This document shows positions 9,862-19,105 of a stretch of 19,105 nt of DNA, in pieces. This DNA comes from Selaginella moellendorffii. Lineage: Eukaryota; Plantae; Lycopodiophyta. Every line of letters starts with the position of its first letter. Within the stretch, counting starts at the first letter, position 1. The translations under genes and the position numbers were made by a program. The notes beneath the pieces were generated by a model. That model worked only from the letters and a program-made list of their open reading frames with translations. It searched no databases and was not told the origin of the DNA. The stretch covers positions 1 to 19,105 of the forward strand of contig NW_003314511.1 of the NCBI RefSeq assembly GCF_000143415.4, read 5' to 3'.

Positions 9862-10011
9862 CATTCTTTGGGAAACATTTGAATGAATATTGCTCCAATT
9901 TGGAATCAAGACACTCTGTCACATTACTCGAGGATGAATGGGATTGCTTGCGAGTGGAAGTTATAAGTGAAGCGATTTGAATTAGAGTCCACCAACGTGA
10001 AAGTTTGGACT

Positions 10012-10018
10012 TTTTATA
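10012..10018 (-). promoter_or_regulatory. Candidate TATA box for TOR (TATAAAA)
   Basis: GCTATAAAAAG on the minus strand ~190 nt upstream of the ATG. Motif match only. Confidence 0.35.
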
Positions 10019-10169
10019 GCATTCTCACTTCCAGGAAACAGTGCGTAAGTTTGCTTTTCCACTATTAAAACCTGGGATGAATCACAAACAAGCAATGAAA
10101 CGTATCAAAGATCGTTGTCATTTAGTATGTACGATTTCGATCAAGTGAACTAAATCTAACGTTCATCAC

Positions 10170-10176
10170 TATATAA
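10170..10176 (+). promoter_or_regulatory. Candidate TATA box for the divergent plus-strand unit (TATATAA)
   Basis: CTATATAAT followed by a pyrimidine-rich stretch, ~120 nt upstream of ATG 10297. Motif match only. Confidence 0.3.
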
Positions 10177-10296
10177 TCTTATACTTCTTTATTCCTTTCA
10201 TTACCTATCGCTGTTTTGATAATCTTGTGAGCTATTAGTTTGCTGAACTCGTTGCAAGAATAATAGCATTTAAAAAAACTTGAGGTTTAAGATTTA

Positions 10297-11100
10297 ATGG
10301 CCCGAATGGATCTGGTGCGGGCAGCTGTTCATGTTTCAAGGGCAGACTTGCCTCACGATGTCGCAGCTGAAGATTTGGAGCAGGCACAGGCGCTGGTGAC
10401 CTATGCGAAGAGCAACTTCCTTTTTGGCGTCCTGTTGTGGATTCTTTAGTGGCTTTGCTCTACCTCTCCAGATGCCTCTACGGGAATGTTTGCGAAGTGC
10501 AGGCTTGCAGCGCCTCTTCGCGTGTTCACAGAACAGGTGCACTGTCTCGTCTCCTTCGGCGATCGCCTGGAAGCTGCTAATCTAACAGACTGGAGAATGT
10601 GATGCATTGCCTGGGTCTGGGTTTCCTTGCCTCCATCGAAGATATCTCTCATATGGTGTTGCAGTGTTAGACTGGGAGAAGCGTGCTTTCGGGGATCACG
10701 AAAGTATCAACGCTCGACCTCTTGAACCTGCCAGAGCTCCTGCAGGCCTGCTCTTAGGTGGGAAAATTGCTTGTCATTTCTTTTACTTACCGTATGAAAG
10801 TTCTTCAGATGCTATCAAAGTTGCAGGAAAAGACAACTTCAGAAAAAAATATTCGATCAACAGTTAAAACGTAATAACACTGTCTTATCTTGCTCTAATG
10901 TATTTTTCCAACAGGGGCGGGTAAGTGTGATCATCTTGCTCGTTATGTTGCTGAACTATGTTCACTTGGCAGAATTCCAAAGTTCTTCGATCTTATTGCC
11001 ATTAGTAGTACCGGGAGCGAGATTACTTTGTCTCTCTACCTTCCAGAGCCCAGGTATTTTCATCTAAGTTACAAGCTGATGATCTTCGGATGTAGGGTGA
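10297..11100 (+). CDS. Hypothetical spliced gene (or pseudogene/lncRNA) divergent from TOR, product unknown
   Basis: Plus-strand GT-AG introns of the same size class as TOR introns: 10537-10588 (52 nt, CTAAT/CTAAC branch motifs), 10615-10664, 10758-10808, 10863-10914, 10921-10972. One consistent path (10297-10395, 10472-10536, 10589-10614, 10665-10757, 10809-10862, 10915-10920, 10973-11053, 11096-11100) gives an open 142-aa frame MARMDLVRAAV...MPLRECLRSAGLQRLFACSQNRLENVMHCLVLDWEKRAF.... The exon choice is not unique. Confidence 0.4.
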
Positions 11101-12319
11101 CACACGCTGTAAATGTTGGGGTCCATCAACCACGAGCTCGGTCTGAATGATCATCTAGCAGATCAGCTTCTAGAGCGCTTGAGGGAGCTCGTTGTCTCCA
11201 CATATAGCCAAGTTCAACATGATGGAAAGGAATGGGATTTTATAGACAAGGGTGCTTAGCGCCTCTCACCGTTGCAGAGGCACGTAAATTCCTGGCAGCA
11301 GTACAATTCGACGTCTCATTATCGAGCGTTTTTTTCCGAGCGTCTTGATGTCACATGAGATGGTTGTGACCGACGGCGCAGAGCGTCCCTGACTTTTTCT
11401 GGATCTCCCGGTTCTTTGTTGTCTGCCTCTAACTTGTAAGTTTCTGTTATCATGTTTTTTGCTGTAGTGCTCACCTTGTATTTCAGATGCATTAAGACAG
11501 TAGACATTGTCCTGCATGTGGTAAGTTATTTTGAAGATAACAGTGACTGCAGGTTTGAGGCAGGAACAAGTTTATTGCACATGAGGCCTGAAGATTTTGT
11601 TTCTGCTGGAGCACCAGAGAATTCCAAGCCATGTAAAGTCATTCAGAAGCTCACGTTTCCATACATTCACAGACTCCAGCAAGCGTGCTACATTCATCTA
11701 GTCGTTGGCTCTCCATAATGCTTGAGAAGTATGGCAAGCTGGAGACATCAGGTAAGCCAGAGCAGAAAGAGCTATCAGTAGAATCCTTGGCATGGGAAGC
11801 TGGGAGATATAGGTAGGCATGTTTATTGAAATGAATAAATAAAATACTTAGTGTAGGTTATGTTAATTTAGGTTAAGGGGTTCGCACCAAATTAGTAAAT
11901 TTAATGGTAGTTTGTTCACACCACCTTATATTAGATTTTATAAACTCTAAATTTAATTGTAACTTGCTCACACTAGAAATTAACATTAAGGTAAGCTAAT
12001 GTTACAATTACCTTTTTTTTTTGCATTTTGCACTAAAATCCCAATGCTTCACTTTTGTAGCATTACAATTAAATTATTCCATGAATATTCTATAAAGCTT
12101 TCACTTGTAAGTTTTGGTGATGTTTATCTCATATACTACACAGCTACAACTTTGAGAGGGACTACACCATCTATCCATGAGTGTTCATCCCATCACCATA
12201 CCTTAGCAACCTTAAGATGGTTGGAGATATAGGGAATACCCTTCCTCAATATCCCTTTTTTCAGTCCTCACTAAATCCCTTTCCGTCCATAATTGTGTTC
12301 ACTAACAATACCACTAGGT

Positions 12320-13070
12320 TAGGGTATGAAGACTTACCTTGTAATATTATGTATATTAGCTTTGCATTCCTTATAGCACCAGTGATACCATCAAGTCTCA
12401 GCCTGTATCTTGAGTCCTTGCAACTCCTCCACAAGCTTCTCTTGCTGTTGGACTTGCTATTGCACATGTGCCTAGTACTCCTTGAGCTTCCTCAGTGTTG
12501 ACTCAATCACTACAGGCATCTTGTCCTTGATGACATATGCTAGTTGAGCAATAGCACATATCTAGGCTTGGAAGCTTGGCTGAGAATGGACATTATGGTG
12601 CATGCAAAGCTTAAAGAAGATGTCCTTCTCCACCTCTAGGGCATGGTCAAATGCCACTTTGCAAGTTTCACATTGCTACTTGAGGACTTTGTGTTGTACT
12701 CCAAGCTTGAGTCCTTGGACGAATGCTAACACCACAGGCTTCTCATTTCTTGTGAGGCTCTATAGTAATTACACACACTAATGCTTCTTGAATTAGATAG
12801 TGTAGTCATTGATACTTTCTTGTGGGCATTGCTAGAATGAAAACAACTCCATGTAGAGTTGTTGGTCAATTTTCTCCACTCCAAATTGCTTGAGGAACTT
12901 GTCGATTATTATAGATAGTGACTGCACTCTTCTGGAAGCAAGGAAGATGCCCAATCTACTACTCTTTCCCTCAAGGATCTTAGGAACAATTTCTAGGATA
13001 CAGCATCTTTTGTGATTTGGTTGTACCTCAAGTAAGCTCAAAACTAGTCAATGTGATCATGAGCTAAAAT
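12320..13070 (-). mobile_element. Degenerate Ty3/gypsy-type gag fossil
   Basis: Minus-strand translation with stops: DKFLKQFGVEKIDQQLYMELFSF*QCPQESINDYTI*FKK (Retrotrans_gag-like L.Q...ES..DY...F pattern), VLAFVQGLKLGVQHKVLK*QCETCKVAFDHALEVEK (F..GL...A...A..E pattern), a Q/E-rich coil, and a decayed zinc-knuckle-like WCYKECKANIHN. Confidence 0.75.
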
Positions 13071-16000
13071 ATTTAATCCGAGATAGAACTCTAGGAGGTC
13101 CATTGCCCTATAAAGAAAGTGGATAGTTATTGCAATTGGTGCAATGTTTTGGTCACTCTCCTTTCTACAATTTATTGTAGAAATGAAAATTTGTTTATTG
13201 ACAATGCTATTTGGTAGTCAAACTCATGTCTAAGCCTTGAGAACCTTCCTTTGATTCATGGGTGTGTAAGTGGAGCTCAGACAACAACACTTGAATAGCA
13301 TGTACAAATGGGTATCAAACTCTTGAGATGCATCGAATGTTGAAACTAGGTACTTCCTGTGATGTTGGTCTCGAGTTTAAAGAACTCAAACTAGAGGGTT
13401 TTGTGCTTGCTAGTCACATAAAGATTCTGAAATTACACTTTATAACACTCTCTAGCCTCTTATGCATTCACTATATGTAAAATCTTCTCTCCACTCAAAT
13501 AAAAGTCTCTCAATCAAGGGAGATAACTAAATATGAGAGATGAAATAGTTAGACACACTCTAGGGCAACAAAAAAATCCATGAGATGATATAAAGGGTAA
13601 AATATCAAGAAAAATCTGTCAAACTTTGAAGAATTCCTCCCACTTATGAAATGAAATAAAGCTTAAAACAAAAATGCTCAAGTTTCTCATAGCAAGCTCA
13701 AAAAATCATAAGACTAGATTCATTAGAAATCTACAAATATGCACAACAATCTTGTAGAAAAGATAAACCTAAAAATGTCACTCAAACATAATCAAAACCC
13801 TCACTAAAACTAATAAATACATATTTGAATGAAAAACATGAAAATCTCATGGTTTTTAGCTCTTAAAATCTTATTTTTTGGCTTCTTTGGAAGTTATATC
13901 CAAAATCTATCCAACTATGTAAAGAAAATTCATTTGCACTACTCAGATTCATGCAAGAACACCCAAAACTTCACTCACACTCTAAATAAAAAAGCATAAT
14001 AGAAAAATGTTATAAACCACTCGATCCCAAAGCAAAACTCACATGCAAGGACTCTAGAGAAAGCTTGTGAGTAAATCTATTTGATGAGCTAAATATCAAA
14101 ATGGTGGAAGATCTATTGAGTACTAAGCTTTTGAAATGATTATTGCGCTCACCGTGAAGAAAACTTTATTTGCATGCTGCATTTTGAACATGGAATTAAA
14201 AACTTCTTAATGCTAGAATGAAGCTCTCAACAAGATTTACAAACCCAACAACTTAATTTCCCAAATAAATTAGTAACCAAAACATGAAGAGGAAAAAACA
14301 ATTGTTCTTAACTTAGAAAGAAAGAAAATTCAAGAACTCCTCAAAATGCAAGTATGGTGCTTAGAATCTTATAGTTGGGTGCATTCATATTTGTTTTTAA
14401 CATTTTTTCAGTGTATGCATATTACCACCATGTAAATCTCTCATGAATTCACCCCAAAACCCAAGAAAGAAAAACCAAAGAATAAAGGGGAGGATTGGTT
14501 AATTAATCCTCCTCAGTGGAGTTGCTAGAGGTTGAGAGGGGAGCCTCTCAACAATGGAGATAACACTCTTTCATGCTCTGAAATTTATCTCTTTTATGTG
14601 AATTTTTTGACTTAGAAAATGGGGGTGAAGGGCCCTCTCCCAAAATATCCCTCACACCTTTAGAATACTTCAATAGTGAAATATTCTAGGGAATCTTGCT
14701 CAAAGGCTATGCATATCTTAACATATGTGTATAAAATAGTTCTTTCATGATGTATCCATTTCTTTCTAATATGATCATGTCTAATTGAGTATGTTTATAG
14801 ATATGAGGCTCATATGAACTATATTTAAGAGGAGTTCCATAACATTTTTCCAGATAAATTGTTTAATGGTTTGGCAAGGGCTTCTATTATTCTCAAGTAA
14901 AGGTGTCCATCATTTACATTTAACCCTTGCCCAAGTGTAAGTTTTAATTTAAATTCTCATCCAAAGACTTGGCTTTAAAGGCCTTAATTTACTGGTGTAC
15001 CACTTCTCTAGATCAATAATGTAAGTACATTCACATTAAATATGGCCTTCTTTCCAATAATTGTAGCAACTAATTCTCTTGCTATATTGTTTATCCCTTT
15101 CCCCATCAAGTATTAACCACTTGACATTACCACATGCCCTAGGATCATTAGTGTATCTGTAAGATTTTTAAGACTATCTACCTCTAGAGAAAGTCTCACT
15201 TCTTTTGGCATCATAATGACATCCTCTCGCTCCTTTGAGTCATCACTTTTCTGTACCTTAGGCTAAGTAGCACATGTTGCAATTGCCTTGAGCTTCTACT
15301 TCTTTAATGCTTTTGCTACTGTAAATAGCAACTTGTCCATATATATCATTTTTACTATGATTTAAACCTTAATAGGTTATTTGTATGATGCAGCTTAAAA
15401 GAGATGTTAAATTTTAAGGCTAAGACAATTAAGTTTGATAAGTCAACTCTAACCTCTTCACTAGTTTGTAATTGTTCATGAAAAATAAAATGGTTTTCGA
15501 GTAAAATAATCAATAAATAAATAATTAGAAAAAAATAAGAAAATTTATGGAAAATTTACCATTCTAGAGAAATCCATCTAGAAATGTAAATTCCCAAAAC
15601 TTAACCAACATCCTTTTACCTAAAATTTCATATATGTTCAACTTAACACAAATTTTCATAGCTCAATAAAATGCATAAGTGTTTGAACATCATGCCTATT
15701 TATATAATATCCAACATTAGCATCCTTAAAATGCAACGATAAATAACTAAAACTCAATCACAAAAACCATATCTTTAGAATATGAGACATAAGTTATGAA
15801 TTCTTTTATACATGATCTATCAAAGAATCAATTTGCAACGGTGATTTTTACTATTCTTAAGAGTCTTGAGAAGATATTTAATCTCACTAGCACTAGAGGT
15901 TTAAGTTTTAGCAAGCAAGATCTCTTTGCAAGGGAGGTTTTATGCCTAACCAAATTAAAGTATCCCACATTCTAAATTGGAGATGATTTTGATAATTACC

Positions 16001-16919
16001 TAAATGTATTCTAATGTGTAGCTAATAACAATCAAGTAGCAAGCTGTGAAAAAATATATGTGTTTTGTATGGCTCTCAAGAGAGGCATAGAGAATGTTTA
16101 TCACACACTATACTTGAGACCAAATAGTGTCTTAAGATGAGGCCATAGCTTTGGGCTAGAAGGCTCTTCATTATTGAAGATCTAGAGGATAGAGCTTTTA
16201 AACTTATCAACACATGGAACTATCAAAAGGGTAAAATTATGTAGCAGTATTGGGTTGTATTGCAACAGCTGTCACATATATTTTTGATAACATCAACAAA
16301 GTGAAGAGCATGGCAAAGCAAGTTTTTTATCAAAGCTTTCTTGAAGAGTTATAGAATCTTGAGTTAGTTAATATTATATTTTTCTAAAAAAGTAACTCTT
16401 ATGCATTTTTTTTTTGTAGTGTTATGTTTAATGGCAAATTGTACCTTGTATTTGGTTAAACTCTATAAGAATAGTGAGCTTTCATTGATCTTGACTTAGT
16501 CTTGGTAACCCTATATCTTGGCTGAGGATAGTGATATCCAATTTAGTTGTTTGTAGTTAGTAGCTCTACACTTTGGATGAAGATGGTGATATCTAATTTA
16601 ATTATCTTTGGTTGAGGTGTTAGTACTTGTATTATAGCCTTGTCTTATCTATTAGGAAGTTGTGTAATGGTTTCCTTTATTTTTGCACTGAATCTACCAA
16701 TCTTTCCATTATATATTATATGTGAGGCAACTAGTCATCCATTTATATTGCAGTCCTATAGTGGATACATTTGTCTATGGATGCCCTACAAAAGGACGAA
16801 TTTACGCATAAATGCCTAATACATACAATTTCAAATTTTAAGGGTAAGAATATACCTACTCAAAAGTATATTATATTTTAAATAGCCACTAATCAATAGG
16901 AATTAAACCCATACTATTT

Positions 16920-16945
16920 ACTTTGATACCATATATAATGCACCC
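16920..16945 (-). mobile_element. Degenerate tRNA-iMet primer-binding site next to an LTR-end-like sequence
   Basis: Minus strand reads GGGTGCATTATA-TA-TGGTATCAAAGT against the canonical LTR ...TTACA + TGGTATCAGAGC; the three differences are all C>T or G>A. Confidence 0.5.
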
Positions 16946-17921
16946 TATTTCTCTCCTTTTAAGGTAATTGAAAAAGAGGCAACTTTTTTATAAGAGGGCC
17001 TTTGATGGCTATTTTATCCTCATTTATCCCGTAAAGTTTCAAAGATCCACAGTGACAGTATATCTAAATTTTATTTTATGATCACATACACTATAATACT
17101 TGTCTATATTTCTATATATTGTACTTAGAGTGCTACTTTTCCATTGGATAAGTATACAACTTGATTATGTGAGTTTAGTGTTGGGTCTTATGAAGGCAGG
17201 TTGAAGCATGATTGTTGGTTGTTTTATGATTAGTGATTGCTAGTACTGCTAAACCAATATCAAGCAAAACAAGTGTCAAAAATCCTCAATAAAGTGATAT
17301 AAAATTATGGCAATTTAGTGTTGTACCAGACTGACACATAGAAAGTAGTATGGGCATCTATGATAAACTTGTTTTTGTGGATAGTGTTATGGAGCATCAT
17401 ATCGTTAAACTTATATAGATTTTCCATATTGGCATATTAATTCCATCTTTCTCAATATTATATGTCCTTGCTTTATATTTAGCTTGGGCTTAAGCCTAAG
17501 CTTTATACCATACTAGATGGTGGAGTACCCATACCCTCATGTTAGTCTACTAGTATGCTAAAATAACACTAAACTTTGTTTGTCTCCATTGTGCATACTC
17601 ATTTTAATGTTAAAATATTGCATGTTCTAAAACTTTTCTTATGTCGCTCCGTGCTCTTATTCCTTCACTTCTTGGTTGTATATTCAAGAATTGCTTTATG
17701 CTCTTATATAACAAGTTTTTTAAATTTATCATGAAGCTTTTGAATCCACAATTAACCTTTTGAATCTTATAAACCTCATCAAGAGAAAGTAAAATTAGCT
17801 TTGCACTTTGTGGATATTAAAAATTAAGCATAACAACTGCTAATAGCATAGAATCCTTATCTATAAAATTTATTAATGCTAGAACAATAAACTCATCAGC
17901 AATACAAAAATAAAATAAAGA

Positions 17922-19105
17922 AGGGAGAGGAACTCAAGAAAAAGCATTAGCATTAACCATAGAATTTCATGGGTGATGAATAACAAAGTAACTGCAATAT
18001 GATCATCTTGTAGTAATATATAAGAACTATATAGGTACACATGAAGTTTCTTGAAATCTTAAATTGCTACTAGACACTTGTTTTTTATCATGGAATAGTT
18101 TACATTTGTTGGGTTATAATATATAGCTAATATACACAATAGGATCACATTAACCAAACACAGTCATGCTCTTTTACATTAACACACCTTTAAGACTAAT
18201 ATTAGAAGCATTCACACACAAGATGAACTGTTGAGTGCAGTCAAAATGCACCAAAACTATAGGAGTCATTAACACTTTTTTAAAATTCATAAATGCCTAC
18301 TTGCAATCTTCAAATCACATGAAAGATAATATTTATGACTTCATCAATACTTGTAATGGTGTAGTACAAATAAAAAAATGATCAATAAAATGATTAAAAT
18401 ATTACATCTTGCCAAAGAAGTGTTGCAAATTATTCACACACTTTAAAATAAGGAATTTTAAAATAATCATAAATTTGTCAGGATCAATTTACAAACCTTT
18501 GTGAGAAATGCAATATTTAAGATAAGTCATGTCTTTGAACTTAAATGTGCATTTTGACCATTTTAGATTTAAACCAACCTCATTCAATTGATACAACACT
18601 TTATGGACATTATGAATATACTCTTTTCACATCCCAGTTGAGTAGATCAATACATCATCAATGAAGTAAATAATCACCTCTAACATATTGTAAAAAACTT
18701 TACCTATCATCTACTAAAAAAGTGTTGAAGCATTATTCAAATTAAATAGCATCATTATGAATTTATTTAAATTAAATAATGTATAAAAGGTAGGATCCTC
18801 CTTGGCCATTGGCTCTTTGGCTTTTGCCAATACCCAAAAACAAGATTTAATTTAGTGAATTAATAACTTTTCCCAAAATGATCTAGAAAATTGGTAATAT
18901 AAAAAAGAGAGTACATATTCAAGATAATCACATCATTTAACAAATGATAATTGATGTAAAATTAAACACTCCCATCATGCTTTGTTAGAGAATAAAGTTC
19001 ACATATCTAAAGATTCTAAAACTTTCAAAAAACACCTTTCTCTAACATCTTTTAGATATTTTTTTATAAGGTTTTGATCTTCATTGTGACTGTCTTGGGA
19101 CCTAC
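17922..19105 (-). mobile_element. Degenerate Ty3/gypsy pol fossil: reverse transcriptase + RNase H (runs off the window end)
   Basis: Minus-strand translation: KHDGSV*FYINYHLLN (K.DG..R.C.DYR.LN), LNLVFGYWQ (LDL.SGYWQ), MMLFNLNNASTLF** (MPFGL.NAPATFQR), YFIDDVLIYS (catalytic xxDD at 18654-18665), GLNLKWSKCTF, YLKYCISHKGL*IDPDK, FILCVNASNISLKGVLM* (RNase H DAS...G.VL.Q), NYSMIKNKCL, NANAFS* (NADALSR). Confidence 0.92.

Larger units (their letters stand above)
11820..19105. repeat. AT-rich, CpG-depleted block of decayed transposable-element DNA
   Basis: Abrupt compositional switch near 11820. Only about 20 CpG counted by eye in ~7 kb, no intact ORFs, and recognisable retroelement fossils. Confidence 0.8.

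Noticed and set aside
11999-12501. Plus-strand ORFs 11999-12232 and 12181-12501 with Leu-rich translation
   Set aside because: The second is largely antisense to the Q/E-rich part of the gag fossil; the first is AT-rich TE-zone sequence with no recognisable motif.
13162-13183. Inverted repeat TTTCTACAAT/ATTGTAGAAA
   Set aside because: Isolated short AT-rich palindrome in TE DNA with no supporting context.
13303-13322. Plus-strand PBS-like TACAAATGGGTATCAAAC (and minus-strand TGGTATAAAGC at 17500-17510)
   Set aside because: Both need indels to match the tRNA-iMet PBS, and I could not pair them with LTRs.
16517-16617. Degenerate short tandem repeat (TTGG.TGA.GAT.GTGATATC.AATTTA) as a CRISPR-like array
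   Set aside because: Only two diverged copies and a partial third, in plant TE DNA, with no spacer structure or cas genes.

Overview
Eukaryotic land-plant genomic DNA in three zones. (1) 1-9822: an intact, highly compact TARGET OF RAPAMYCIN (TOR) kinase gene on the minus strand. I spliced it by hand into 52 exons and 51 introns (43-72 nt, mean ~52 nt), giving 2382 codons with no frameshift or internal stop; the last ~70 residues, including FATC, lie beyond position 1. Three introns are GC-AG. (2) 9823-~11800: a short head-to-head intergenic region. It has two telo-boxes, three upstream AUGs that a candidate 5'UTR intron could remove, and outward-facing TATA-like boxes. An unannotated plus-strand spliced unit follows, with a candidate 6-nt microexon and no product I recognise. 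(3) ~11820-19105: an AT-rich, CpG-depleted block of decayed Ty3/gypsy retrotransposon DNA (gag fossil, PBS/LTR-end remnant, RT-RNase H fossil) whose damage at conserved motifs is dominated by C:G>T:A transitions. The plant-type TOR and ~50-nt introns suggest a small-genome non-seed plant such as Selaginella (inference only). I see no clearly new multi-gene system. The best leads are the TOR leader, the divergent microexon-containing unit and the hypermutated retroelement.
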